NCBI GenBank assembly: GCA_963764715.1
Contig: CAVXTP010000014.1
Span: 64,001 to 128,000 of the forward strand
DNA from: an uncultured Acidobacteriota bacterium
Lineage (GTDB): Bacteria > Acidobacteriota > Thermoanaerobaculia > UBA5066 > Gp7-AA6
DNA: 64,000 bases
Direction of reading: 5' to 3'
Shown here piece after piece: positions 17,959 to 27,919 of this stretch. Numbering within the stretch: the stretch's first letter is position 1; each line of letters opens with the position of its first letter. A program made the position numbers and the translations under genes. Under the pieces are notes generated by a model. It did no database searches and had not been told where the DNA came from. It saw only the letters and a program-made list of their open reading frames with translations.

Positions 17959-20217
17959 ATGCGCCGCTCCGCACCGATCGCCCTCGCCTTCGTGTTTCTC
18001 GCCGCGTCTCCCGCGACCGGCCCCGTCCCGCCCGCGCCGCGCGGCTTCTTTCCCGACGGCGTCGCCGCGCAGCAGAAGGTCGAGCGCGAGTTTCGCGCGA
18101 TCCCCGACCCCGCCGTCGCGCGCGAGACGATGCGGCGGCTCGCGGCGGCCCCGCACCATCTCGGCTCCCCCGAGGGCGCGAAGAACGCCGAGTGGATTCT
18201 GGCGAAATTCCGAGAATACGGCCTCGAGGCGCGCATCGAGACCTTCGACGTGCTGTTTCCGACGCCGACCGAGCGCGTCGTCGAGCTCGTCGAGCCCTAC
18301 AAGTTCCGCGCGGCGCTCGCCGAGACGACCCTCAAGGAGGATCCGACCTCCGGCCAGACCGCGCAGCAGCTGCCGACCTACAACGCCTACTCGATCGACG
18401 GCGACGTGACGGCGCCGCTCGTCTACGTGAACTACGGCGTGCCCGCCGACTACGAGCGTCTCGAGCGGCTCGGCGTCGACGTGAAGGGCAGGATCGTCAT
18501 CGCGCGCTACGGCGGGGGCTGGCGAGGCATCAAGCCCAAGGTCGCGGCCGAGAAGGGCGCCGTCGGCTGCATCATCTACTCGGACCCGAAGGACGACGGC
18601 TTCTTCGAGGGCGAGGTCTACCCGAAGGGGCCCTTCCGCCCCGAGCAGGGCGTCCAGCGCGGGAGCGTCGCGGACATGCCCGTCTATTCGGGGGACCCGC
18701 TGACGCCGGGCGTTGCCGCCACGAAGGCCGCGGCGCGCCTCGACCGCAAGGACGCCGCCACGATCACGAAGATCCCCGTGCTCCCGATCTCCTACGCCGA
18801 CGCGAAACCCCTGCTCGCCGCCCTCGAGGGAGCGGTCGCGCCGGCGGACTGGCGGGGCGCCCTGCCGATCACCTACCGCGTCGGCCCGGGGCCCGCGAAG
18901 GTCCATCTCAAGCTCGCCTTCGACTGGAAGCTCGTCCCCGCCAACGACGTGATCGCGACGATCCCGGGCGCGGTCTGGCCGGACGAGTGGATCATCCGCG
19001 GCAACCACCACGATGCCTGGGTCAACGGCGCCGAGGACCCGATCTCCGGCCTGAGCGCCCTCCTGGAGGAGGCGCGCGCCTACGGACAGCTCCTCGAGAA
19101 GGGCTGGCGGCCGAAGCGGACGATCGTGCTCTGCGCGTGGGACGGCGAGGAACAGGGGCTGCTCGGGTCGACCGAGTGGGCCGAGGCGCACCAGGACGAG
19201 CTGCGCGCGAAGGCGGTCGCCTACATCAACACCGACGGCAACGGCCGCGGGTTCCTCAACGCGGGCGGCTCGCATTCCCTGGAGGGCCTCGTCTCGGCGG
19301 CCGCGGCCGAGATCGAGGACCCGGAGAAGAAGATGCCCGTCCTCCAGCGGGCCCGCCTCAAGCAGATCGAGGACGCGGACAAGCCCGAGGACCGCAAGCG
19401 GATCCGCGAGCACGCGTACCTGCAAATCGAGGCCCTCGGCTCGGGCTCGGATTTCACGCCCTTCCTCCAGCACGTCGGGGTCGCCTCGCTCAACCTCGGC
19501 TACGGCGGGGAGAGCTCGGGCGGCATCTACCATTCGATCTACGACGACTTCACTTGGTACTCGCGCTTCGCCGACACGGACTTCGTCTACGCCCGCGCCC
19601 TCGCCCAGACCGGAGGGACGCTGACGCTGCGCCTCGCCAACGCCGACATCCTGCCGTTCGAGTTCACCGCCGCCGCCGAGTCGATCGCCCGCTACGTCAA
19701 GGAAGTCTCGGAGCTCGCCGACACGAGACGCAAGGACGCCGAGGAGTGGAACCTGCAGATCGAGGAGAACCTCCCCTGGGCGGTGAACGACCCGAAGAAG
19801 CCGTTCGCCGCTCCGAAGCCGCGGATCGTGCCGCCGCACTTCGACTTCGCCCCGCTCCAGAACGCCTCGGACTCGCTGACGGCCGCGGCCGGCGTCTACT
19901 CGCGGGCCTTCGAGTCGGCCATGGCGCCCGGCGCCGCTCCGCTGCCCGCGGACCGTCTCGCCGCGCTGAACCGGGCGATCGCCGCCTTCGAGCGCAGCCT
20001 CACCTCGGAGGCCGGACTGCCCAACCGCGCCTGGTATCGCCACTTCGTCTACGCCCCCGGGGCCTACACGGGCTACGGCGTCAAGACGCTTCCCGCCGTC
20101 CGCGAAGCCCTCGAGGAGCGCCGCTGGAACGACGTCAACCCGGCCGCTGAGCAAACCGGCGCCGTCATCGAAAAGGCCGCCGAGCAGGTCCGCACCGCCG
20201 CCAAACTGCTCCAATAG
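17959..20217 (+). CDS. M28 peptidase, glutamate carboxypeptidase II / transferrin-receptor-like
   Basis: PA domain (VYVNYG), GNHHDAW, AEDPISG, WDGEE, GSGSDF, YHSIYD, C-terminal dimerisation domain; signal peptide. Confidence 0.95.
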   Translation: MRRSAPIALAFVFLAASPATGPVPPAPRGFFPDGVAAQQKVEREFRAIPDPAVARETMRRLAAAPHHLGSPEGAKNAEWILAKFREYGLEARIETFDVLFPTPTERVVELVEPYKFRAALAETTLKEDPTSGQTAQQLPTYNAYSIDGDVTAPLVYVNYGVPADYERLERLGVDVKGRIVIARYGGGWRGIKPKVAAEKGAVGCIIYSDPKDDGFFEGEVYPKGPFRPEQGVQRGSVADMPVYSGDPLTPGVAATKAAARLDRKDAATITKIPVLPISYADAKPLLAALEGAVAPADWRGALPITYRVGPGPAKVHLKLAFDWKLVPANDVIATIPGAVWPDEWIIRGNHHDAWVNGAEDPISGLSALLEEARAYGQLLEKGWRPKRTIVLCAWDGEEQGLLGSTEWAEAHQDELRAKAVAYINTDGNGRGFLNAGGSHSLEGLVSAAAAEIEDPEKKMPVLQRARLKQIEDADKPEDRKRIREHAYLQIEALGSGSDFTPFLQHVGVASLNLGYGGESSGGIYHSIYDDFTWYSRFADTDFVYARALAQTGGTLTLRLANADILPFEFTAAAESIARYVKEVSELADTRRKDAEEWNLQIEENLPWAVNDPKKPFAAPKPRIVPPHFDFAPLQNASDSLTAAAGVYSRAFESAMAPGAAPLPADRLAALNRAIAAFERSLTSEAGLPNRAWYRHFVYAPGAYTGYGVKTLPAVREALEERRWNDVNPAAEQTGAVIEKAAEQVRTAAKLLQ

Positions 20218-20308
20218 GGGGTCAGGTCTTCATTTTTCGGATTTCAGGTCTCGCCCCGCTGCCAGGGGGAAACCCGTCTGAAATCCGAAAAACTGAATAC
20301 CTGACCCC
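20218..20308. repeat. Inverted-repeat element GGGGTCAGGT...ACCTGACCCC (REP/MITE-like)
   Basis: Arms of about 30 bp: GGGGTCAGGT-cttca-TTTTTCGGATTTCAG / CTGAAATCCGAAAAA-ctgaat-ACCTGACCCC; AT-rich relative to the flanks. Confidence 0.75.
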
Positions 20309-20317
20309 GATTCGGAC

Positions 20318-20824
20318 TCAAGGGGCGATTCCGCCCCCCCGCATCCGCTCGTAGATCTCCTGGGCGTCGGACTTGCCGAGCGCGATGGCGCAGGTGCCGT
20401 CGCAGCGGGCCGTGACCCGGCCCTCGCCGTCGAAGATCTCCGCGGCGGCGAAGACGAGGTTGAGCCCCGCACGGACGAGGCGGGCTTCGGCCACGATGCG
20501 GTCGCCCCGCGTCGCCCGAAAGAACGACATCGCGAGGTTGACGGTCGCCGAGCGCGTGTCGGGCCGCGTCAGCCAGCCCACGGTGCCGATGACGAGATCG
20601 AAGAGCCCGGCGAGGACGACGCCGTTGACGGCGTCCGTGCCGAGACCGCCGCGGTGAATGTCCCCCACCGGATCGATCACGGCCCGCACGCGGTCGACGC
20701 GCTCGAACTCGAGCCTCGCCCCGAAATGCTTCATCGCCGGCGAGTCGTTCCACATCTGGCCGAGCGCGCGGAGCGACTCGAGCGTCGGGTACGCGGGCGA
20801 GAACGGCTGGCCTTCGGGCGGCAT
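20318..20824 (-). CDS. PaaI family thioesterase
   Basis: VNGVVLAGLFDLVIG and ATVNLAMSFFR hotdog-fold motifs. Confidence 0.85.
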   Translation of the reverse strand: MPPEGQPFSPAYPTLESLRALGQMWNDSPAMKHFGARLEFERVDRVRAVIDPVGDIHRGGLGTDAVNGVVLAGLFDLVIGTVGWLTRPDTRSATVNLAMSFFRATRGDRIVAEARLVRAGLNLVFAAAEIFDGEGRVTARCDGTCAIALGKSDAQEIYERMRGGGIAP

Positions 20825-20837
20825 CCGGAAGGCGACT

Positions 20838-23429
20838 CTACTTCAGGCCCTCGACGACGAACAGGTCGGAGAGCAGGCGGCTGTACGTGTAGGCGTAGGA
20901 GGCGCCGTCCGGCGTGACGACGACGTTGGAGATGCGCTCGATGCCCGACGGGTCGACCGGCATCAGCGCCTTCCACGGCTCGTGCCGGCCGCTGGCGATG
21001 TCGACCCGGGACACGTGGGCGGGAAGGTCGCGCCGCCAGACGTAGAGCGTCTTGCCGTCCGGCGTGAAGCGCAGGGGGAACTCCCCCGACTCGAGACCCG
21101 GGATCGGCCGCGGCTCGCCGCCGCCGAGCGGGAAGAGAACGCCCTTGTGATCGGGCCCGACGGCCGCGACGGAGTGCCCGTCCGGCGAAACCGCGAAACC
21201 CGGGAACGCCGTGTTGATGCCCTCCGTCGTCACGGCCCGGGGCGCCCCGCCGTCGATCGGCTGGACGTAGAGGCGGACGCCGCGGCCCGGCGCATTGCCG
21301 GCGATCAGGACGCTCTTGTTGTCCGGGAGCCAGTAGGCCGACTGGGACGGCGTGATCCCGGCGAACTCGAGGCGCCGCGGCTGCCCCGCGCCCGTCGGCA
21401 GGAGCATCAGCATCGACGTCGGCGTCGAGATGGCGGCCAGCGCCCACTGCGTATCGGCCGAGAGTGCGAGGGCCGAGCCGTCGCCGAGCTTGACGACCGG
21501 AGCGCCGACCTTCCGGAGGTACGTCGTGTAGTTGGTTCCGCCCGCCTCGCCCTCCTCGTCGAAGAGCAGCGTGCGGCCGTCGGCCGAGATGTCGGCGACG
21601 AAAGAATAGTCGAGCCACGACAGGTCGCGCTCCCGCGTGTCGCCCGGGAGGATCCCGAGCGTGCCGACCCGCGAGCTGCCGCGCGCCATCAGGACGCGGC
21701 CGTTGGGCGCGACGTCCTGGAGCCGGATGCCGCCCGGAACGCGCACGATGACGCGCACGACGCCCGAGAGGTTGACGGCGTAGAGCGACAGGTTGGCGCC
21801 CGTGTCGGTGGCCGTGAACCAGACCTCGTTGCCCGACGGCGACCAGGCAAGACCGCCGGCCTTGTTCCACCGCGACGTGAGCACCTTCTTCGCGCCCCTG
21901 GCGTCGAGGACCGCGACCACGCCCGAGTCGTCCTGCGGATACGGATGATCGAGGAAAGCGATCAGCTTGTTGTCGCGCGAGAGGCGCGCGTCGCTGACGT
22001 AGCCGGTCGTCTCGTAGAGGACCTTGCCGATCGGATACTCGATCCGCGCCTTTCCCTCGACGTCACGCACGATCATCAGGTTCGTGCCGTCGGCGGACCA
22101 GTCGGCGTCCTGGACGTTCTCGGCGACGTCGCGGGGGGAACCGCCCGTCAGGGCCGCGCGGGCCAGAGTCCCGGCGCAGGCGGAGGGATGCGAGCCGCGG
22201 CAATTCACGTCGATCGCCATCTCGCCCGACGGCGAGATCGAGAGCAGGTTGGCGCTCGGAAGCTCCAGCGGCAGGGCTTCGGGGCTCGACGGGTGCTTCA
22301 GGAAGAGCTTGCGCGGATTGCCGTCCCAGGCGGCGCTGTAGACGATCGTCTGCCCGTCGGGGGCGAAACGCGCTGCGAGAATGGTCCCGCTGCCAAAGGT
22401 GATCTGCTGAAAGGACGGCGGGACCGTGCGGCTGAATCGGCGACCCGTCCAGGCGCCCGCCACGAAGGCCGCCGCGATGGCAACGAGGACCCCGAGGGCC
22501 CCCAGCCACCGGCGCCTCGGCCGGACGGGCGCCGTCGGTCCGGAGCGGGCCGCGCCCGTCGGCAAAGACGCCTCCGACAGATGCTCGCGCACGGAGCGGA
22601 CGTCGCGTGCCAGGTCCCGGGTCGAGGCGTAACGCTCCTCCGGGTCCTTCTGCAGGCAGCGTTCGATGATCCAGCGGAACGGCCCCGGCACGCTCGCGTT
22701 GACCTCGGCGACGGGCTCGGTGTCCTCCCGGATGATCGCGGTGAGCGTCTCGGCCGTCGTGCCTCGCTGGAACGCGCGCTTGCCCGTCGCCATCTCGTAG
22801 AAGATCGAGCCCATGGAGAACTGGTCGGTGCGATAGTCGAGCGGCTTGCCGCTCGCCTGCTCGGGCGACATGTAGCCGATCGTGCCCATCACCGTTCCCG
22901 CTTGCGTCGCCTGCGCGGTGGGCGCGTTGGTGACCTGGTCCGACGGGTCCTTGAGGAGCTTGGCGAGGCCGAAATCGAGGATCTTGAGCGCCCCGTCCTT
23001 CGTCACCATGACGTTCTCGGGCTTCAGGTCCCGGTGCACGATGCCCGCCGCGTGCGCCTTGGCGAGGCCGTCGGCGAGCTGGTAGGCGAGATCGAGGAGC
23101 CGCCGCGTCGGCAGCGGCCCGGCCCCGAGCACGTCCCGAAGCGTGCGGCCGTCGATGAGCTCCATCGCGATGTAGACGGTGGAGGCGTCGGTCCCGATGT
23201 CGTGGATCGTGACAATGTTGGAATGGTTCAGGGCCGACGCCGAACGCGCCTCCTGCTCGAAGCGCTTCCGGCGGTCGACGTCGGACGCGAACTCGGGCGA
23301 GAGGACTTTCACGGCGACCTCGCGACCCAGACGCGTGTCGCGCGCGCGGTACACCTCTCCCATGCCTCCGGCGCCGAGGGGCGCAAGGATCTCGAAGGGA
23401 CCGAGTCGGGTTCCGGCCGCGATGGTCAT
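20838..23429 (-). CDS. Hanks-type Ser/Thr kinase with a TM segment and a TolB-like beta-propeller
   Basis: [26 protein letters not shown]; WSADG/SPDG repeats. Confidence 0.95.
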   Translation of the reverse strand: MTIAAGTRLGPFEILAPLGAGGMGEVYRARDTRLGREVAVKVLSPEFASDVDRRKRFEQEARSASALNHSNIVTIHDIGTDASTVYIAMELIDGRTLRDVLGAGPLPTRRLLDLAYQLADGLAKAHAAGIVHRDLKPENVMVTKDGALKILDFGLAKLLKDPSDQVTNAPTAQATQAGTVMGTIGYMSPEQASGKPLDYRTDQFSMGSIFYEMATGKRAFQRGTTAETLTAIIREDTEPVAEVNASVPGPFRWIIERCLQKDPEERYASTRDLARDVRSVREHLSEASLPTGAARSGPTAPVRPRRRWLGALGVLVAIAAAFVAGAWTGRRFSRTVPPSFQQITFGSGTILAARFAPDGQTIVYSAAWDGNPRKLFLKHPSSPEALPLELPSANLLSISPSGEMAIDVNCRGSHPSACAGTLARAALTGGSPRDVAENVQDADWSADGTNLMIVRDVEGKARIEYPIGKVLYETTGYVSDARLSRDNKLIAFLDHPYPQDDSGVVAVLDARGAKKVLTSRWNKAGGLAWSPSGNEVWFTATDTGANLSLYAVNLSGVVRVIVRVPGGIRLQDVAPNGRVLMARGSSRVGTLGILPGDTRERDLSWLDYSFVADISADGRTLLFDEEGEAGGTNYTTYLRKVGAPVVKLGDGSALALSADTQWALAAISTPTSMLMLLPTGAGQPRRLEFAGITPSQSAYWLPDNKSVLIAGNAPGRGVRLYVQPIDGGAPRAVTTEGINTAFPGFAVSPDGHSVAAVGPDHKGVLFPLGGGEPRPIPGLESGEFPLRFTPDGKTLYVWRRDLPAHVSRVDIASGRHEPWKALMPVDPSGIERISNVVVTPDGASYAYTYSRLLSDLFVVEGLK

Positions 23430-23442
23430 GGATTCGGCGTCG

Positions 23443-23475
23443 CGGGATTCTACCCAGAATCGCCGTAGAATCCCG
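23443..23475. promoter_or_regulatory. Symmetric divergent promoter region: CGGGATTCTAC-N11-GTAGAATCCCG
   Basis: Perfect 11-bp inverted repeat; each arm gives a TAGAAT -10 pointing at one of the two divergent genes. Confidence 0.6.
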
Positions 23476-23494
23476 GCCTCCGAAAGGAAATCGG

Positions 23495-24790
23495 ATGCGA
23501 TCGGTCCTGCGCTGCCTCGTTTGGCTTTATCTCGTCGCTGCCGCCGCGCGCGCCGCCGATGCGCCGGTGACGGCCGTCAAAGCCGGGCGACTGATCGATC
23601 CGAAGGCGGGCAGCGTCGTCCCGGGCGCCGTGATCCTAATCGAGGGAGGCCGGATCAAGGCCGTCGGCCCCGCGCTCGCGATCCCGCCCGACGCGAAAAT
23701 CATCGACCTCTCCGGCCTGACCGTCCTCCCGGGCCTCATCGACTGCCATACCCACCTCGTCGGCGACTACGCGAACGACTCGGACCCGCTGACGGAGCTC
23801 CGGAGCTCCTCGGCGCAGCGCGCCTTCGAATCCGTTCCGAACGCCCGGGCGACGCTCGACGCCGGGTTCACGACCGTGCGGGACGTCGGCACCTACCGCG
23901 CCTTCGTCGACGTCGCCCTGCGCGACGCGATCGCGAAGGGATATTTCCCGGGCCCCCGCATGTACGTCGCCGGCGCCTACCTGACGATCACCGGCGGCGG
24001 CGGCGCCATGTCCGGTAGCCTCGCCCCGGACATCGCGCTGCCCTGGGACCTCAGGTTCGGGATCGCCGACGGCGTCGACCAGGTGCGACAGCGCGTGCGG
24101 GACATCGCGCAGCACGGCGTGGACGTCATCAAGCTGCTCGCCACCGGCGCCTTCCTCGCCCACGGGTCGGACCCCCACGCGGTGGAGTACACGTACGACG
24201 AGATCCGGGCCGCCGTCGAGGAAGCGCAGCACAAGGGCCTGAAGGTGGCCGCCCACGCCCACTCGGCCGAGGGCATCAAGCTCGCCGTCCGCGCCGGCGT
24301 CGCCTCGATCGAGCACGGCACGTACGTCGACGAGGAGGGGCTGCGTCTCATGAAGGAGCGCGGGACCTACCTCGTGGCCGACGTCTACGACGCCGAGTAC
24401 ATCCGCCAGGGCAAGGCCGCCGGCATCCCCCAGGACTTCGCCGACAAGCAGCCCGAGGGCGACGAGATCCAGCGGCAGAACTTCCGCAAGGCCGTCCAGA
24501 TGGGGGTCCGGGTCGCGTTCGGCACCGACGCGAGCGTCTATCCCCACGGGCTGAACGCCCGGCAGTTCGCCTGGCAGGTCCGCTACGGCCAGACGCCGAT
24601 GGAGGCGATCCGCTCGGCGACCGTCTCCGGCGCGGACCTGATCGGCCGCGGCAACCAGGGCGGCTCGCTCGAGCCGGGAAAGTGGGCGGACCTGATCGCC
24701 GTCGCGGGCGATCCCCTCCAGGACGTCACGGCCCTGGAGAAGGTCGCGTTCGTGATGAAGGAAGGGCAGGTCTCCAAGAGCCTCCGTTAG
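23495..24790 (+). CDS. Metal-dependent amidohydrolase (Xaa-Pro dipeptidase-like), exported
   Basis: PGLIDCHTH, IKL, AAHAH, IEHG, FGTD. Confidence 0.92.
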   Translation: MRSVLRCLVWLYLVAAAARAADAPVTAVKAGRLIDPKAGSVVPGAVILIEGGRIKAVGPALAIPPDAKIIDLSGLTVLPGLIDCHTHLVGDYANDSDPLTELRSSSAQRAFESVPNARATLDAGFTTVRDVGTYRAFVDVALRDAIAKGYFPGPRMYVAGAYLTITGGGGAMSGSLAPDIALPWDLRFGIADGVDQVRQRVRDIAQHGVDVIKLLATGAFLAHGSDPHAVEYTYDEIRAAVEEAQHKGLKVAAHAHSAEGIKLAVRAGVASIEHGTYVDEEGLRLMKERGTYLVADVYDAEYIRQGKAAGIPQDFADKQPEGDEIQRQNFRKAVQMGVRVAFGTDASVYPHGLNARQFAWQVRYGQTPMEAIRSATVSGADLIGRGNQGGSLEPGKWADLIAVAGDPLQDVTALEKVAFVMKEGQVSKSLR

Positions 24791-24846
24791 CCGCGGCCCC
24801 GGCGTCTTTTTCCATCGGTTCTCCGCCCGAGGGCGACTTCGCGAAT

Positions 24847-24862
24847 TGATGCAGCTGCATCA
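24847..24862. promoter_or_regulatory. Perfect palindrome TGATGCAGCTGCATCA upstream of the hydrogenase operon (putative transcription-factor site)
   Basis: 16-bp palindrome; -10-like TATGTT at 24887; a related site lies at 37634. Confidence 0.65.
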
Positions 24863-25064
24863 TGGCCCCTCGCCACGCACGGACCCTATGTTGAACGGAA
24901 CTCGGAGGGCTCGTGCATCGAGACCTTGTGCTTCCGCAGCCGCCTCCCACGCTGCAACCGCGGACCGCACCCGAGCCCTCCTCATCTCTTCATGCTCCGC
25001 GCCCCTTCGCCGGCCCGGAAGGAGCGCTTTCGTAATCCGGCGCCGCCGGAAGGAGGCATCGCCC

Positions 25065-26216
25065 ATGCCGCAGTCCACGCGTTGGTTTCTGGATGAGCTC
25101 GATCGCCGGGGAGTCTCGCGCCGGGACTTCATGTCGTTCTGCGGCGTGATGGCCGCGGCGCTGGCCCTGCCCAGGAGCGCCGCCGCCACCATTGCCGCCG
25201 CGATCCAGAAGACCCAGAAGCCGGTCCTCGTCTGGCTCGAGTTCCAGGATTGCTGCGGCAACACGGAGTCATTCCTGCGGGCGGGACGCCCGACCGTCGC
25301 CGAGATCGTCCTCGACACCCTCTCGGTCGACTACCACGAGACGATCATGGCCGCCGCCGGCGACCGCGCCGAGGCCAACCTCGCGAAGGCCGTCAAGGAC
25401 AACAAGGGCAAGTACATCGCGGTCGTCGAAGGCTCGATCCCGACCGGGATCGACGGCGCCTACTGCACGATCGGCGGGCGGGCGGCCCTCGACATCGCCC
25501 GCGAGGTCTGCGGCGACGCCCTGGCGACGATCGCGATGGGGACCTGCGCCACGTTCGGAGGGCTTCCGGCCGCCGCGCCGAACCCCACGGGCGCGCTCGG
25601 CGTCGCCGACGCCGTCCCGGGGGTCAAGAACCTCATCAACCTCTCGGCCTGCCCCGCCAACGTCGAGAACCTGACGGCCCTGATCGTCTACTACCTGACG
25701 TTCAAGGCGCTTCCGCCGACCGACTCGTACCACCGCCCGCTCTTCGCCTACGGCAAGGCCATCCACGACAACTGCGAGCGCCGCGCCCACTACGACGCCG
25801 GCCAGTACGTCGAGGCCTGGGGCGACGACGGGCACCGCACCGGATACTGCCTCTACAAGATGGGGTGCAAGGGCCCCGTCACCTTCCAGAACTGTCCCAA
25901 CGTCCGCTGGAACAGCGGGACCAACTGGCCGATCGGCTGCGGCCACCCGTGCATCGGCTGCGCCGAGCCCGATTTCTGGGACAAGATGACTCCCTTCTAC
26001 CGCCACCTCGAGGGCATCCCGGGCTTCGGCGTCCAGTCCAGCATCGACAAGGTGGGCGTCTGGTCCACGGTCGGCGTCGGCGCCGCCTTCGCCACCCACG
26101 GACTCATCTCGCTCGCCAAGCGCTGGAAGGCGGGCTCGCCGCCGCGCAACCTTCCCGAGCCTCCGGAGAAGCCGGCCGCGAACAAACCGCCCGCGGAGAA
26201 AGGAGAGCGGTCATGA
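25065..26216 (+). CDS. hyaA: [NiFe]-hydrogenase small subunit, group 1, Tat-exported with C-terminal membrane anchor
   Basis: SRRDFMSFC Tat motif, QDCCGNTES, GTCA, ACP, IHDNCERR, CLYKMGCKGP, GHPCIGC; GGAGG SD. Confidence 0.96.
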   Translation: MPQSTRWFLDELDRRGVSRRDFMSFCGVMAAALALPRSAAATIAAAIQKTQKPVLVWLEFQDCCGNTESFLRAGRPTVAEIVLDTLSVDYHETIMAAAGDRAEANLAKAVKDNKGKYIAVVEGSIPTGIDGAYCTIGGRAALDIAREVCGDALATIAMGTCATFGGLPAAAPNPTGALGVADAVPGVKNLINLSACPANVENLTALIVYYLTFKALPPTDSYHRPLFAYGKAIHDNCERRAHYDAGQYVEAWGDDGHRTGYCLYKMGCKGPVTFQNCPNVRWNSGTNWPIGCGHPCIGCAEPDFWDKMTPFYRHLEGIPGFGVQSSIDKVGVWSTVGVGAAFATHGLISLAKRWKAGSPPRNLPEPPEKPAANKPPAEKGERS

Positions 26217-27919
26217 CGCATGTCGTCGTCGATCCCGTGACCCGCATCGAAGGCCACCTCCGGATCGAGGCCGAAGTCGACGGTGGAAAAGTCCAGGACG
26301 CCTGGTCCTCCGCCACGATGTTCCGCGGCGTGGAGCTGATCCTGAAGGGCCGCGATCCGCGCGACGCCTGGGCCTTCACGCAGCGGATCTGCGGCGTGTG
26401 CACGACGGTGCACGCGATCGCCTCGATCCGCGCCGTCGAGAACGCGATCGGCGCAACGCCGCCGCCCAACGCCCGCCTCCTGCGCAACCTGATCATCTCC
26501 TCGCAGTGCGTGCAGGACCACGTCATCCACTTCTACCACCTGCACGCGCTCGACTGGGTCGACATCGTCTCGGCGCTCTCGGCGGACCCGGCGAAGACCT
26601 CCGCCCTCGCGCAGTCGATCTCGGACTGGCCGCTCTCGAGCACGACCTACTTCGCCGGGATCCAGGGCCGCGTGAAGGCGTTCGTCGAGCGCGGGCAGCT
26701 CGGGCCCTTCGCCAACGCCTACTGGGGCCACCCGGCCTACAAGCTGCCGCCGGAGGCAAACCTGATGGCGGTCGCCCACTACCTCGAGGCGCTCGACTGG
26801 CAGCGCGAGTTCATCCGGATCCACGCGATCCTGGGCGGAAAGAACCCGCACCTCCAGAGCTTCCTCGTCGGAGGCATGGCGACGCCCATCGACCCGGACC
26901 GGCAGGCGTCGTTGAACGCCGGATCGATCGCCGAAATGCAGGAGCTCATCCAGAAGGGCCGCGACTTCGTCACGCGCGTCTACATTCCGGACCTCCTGGC
27001 GATCGCGTCCTTCTACAAGGACTGGGCCGGGTACGGCGCCGGGGTCGGAAACTACCTGGTCTACGGCGAGTACCCCGAGGACGACGGGCCGAACCCGCGG
27101 CTCTTCCTGCCCTCCGGCGTCATCCGAAAGCGCGACCTCTCGAAGGTCGACAAGTTCGATCCCGCGAAGATCACCGAGCAGGTCAAGCACTCCTGGTACG
27201 AATACGACGGCGGGGACGACAAGGGCCTTCACCCGTTCCAGGGCGAGACGAAGCCGAAGTACACCGGCCCGAAGCCGCCGTACGAGCGGCTCGCGACCGA
27301 CGCCAAGTACAGCTGGCTGAAGTCCCCGCGCTACGACGGCGAGCCCATGGAGGTCGGTCCCCTCTCCCGGATGCTCGTCGCGTACGCGTCGGGCCAGCCG
27401 CGCGTCAAGGAGCTCGTCGGAGCGGTCCTCGGGAAGCTCAACGTGGGTCCCGAGGCCCTCTTCTCGACGCTCGGCCGCGTCGCCGCCCGGGGCATCGAAA
27501 CCCAGGTCCTCGCCGAGAAGATGGACGAGTGGGTCAACGCACTGGCCGCGAACATGGCGCGCCGCGAGCTCCGCATCGCCGACAACTCGAAGTGGGAGCC
27601 CTCGACCTGGCCGAAGGAGGCCTCGGGCGCCGGCTTCCACGAGGCGCCCCGCGGCGCGCTCGGCCACTGGGTCCACATCCGCGACGGCCAGATCGCCAAC
27701 TACCAGTGCGTCGTGCCGAGCACGTGGAACGCCGGGCCGCGCGACGCCGAGGGCAACCGCGGCCCCTACGAGGAAGCGCTTCGCGGCACCCCGGTCCACG
27801 ACCCGGCCCAGCCGATCGAGATCCTGCGCACCGTGCACTCGTTCGACCCCTGCATCGCCTGCGGCGTCCACGTCGTCGACGTCGAGCGGCGCGAGCTCGC
27901 GCACGTGAGGGTCCTGTGA
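26213..27919 (+). CDS. hyaB: [NiFe]-hydrogenase large subunit, group 1
   Basis: DPVTRIEGH, L1 QRICGVCTTVH, L2 SFDPCIACGVH plus a cleavable tail; ATGA overlap. Confidence 0.98.
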   Translation: MTHVVVDPVTRIEGHLRIEAEVDGGKVQDAWSSATMFRGVELILKGRDPRDAWAFTQRICGVCTTVHAIASIRAVENAIGATPPPNARLLRNLIISSQCVQDHVIHFYHLHALDWVDIVSALSADPAKTSALAQSISDWPLSSTTYFAGIQGRVKAFVERGQLGPFANAYWGHPAYKLPPEANLMAVAHYLEALDWQREFIRIHAILGGKNPHLQSFLVGGMATPIDPDRQASLNAGSIAEMQELIQKGRDFVTRVYIPDLLAIASFYKDWAGYGAGVGNYLVYGEYPEDDGPNPRLFLPSGVIRKRDLSKVDKFDPAKITEQVKHSWYEYDGGDDKGLHPFQGETKPKYTGPKPPYERLATDAKYSWLKSPRYDGEPMEVGPLSRMLVAYASGQPRVKELVGAVLGKLNVGPEALFSTLGRVAARGIETQVLAEKMDEWVNALAANMARRELRIADNSKWEPSTWPKEASGAGFHEAPRGALGHWVHIRDGQIANYQCVVPSTWNAGPRDAEGNRGPYEEALRGTPVHDPAQPIEILRTVHSFDPCIACGVHVVDVERRELAHVRVL

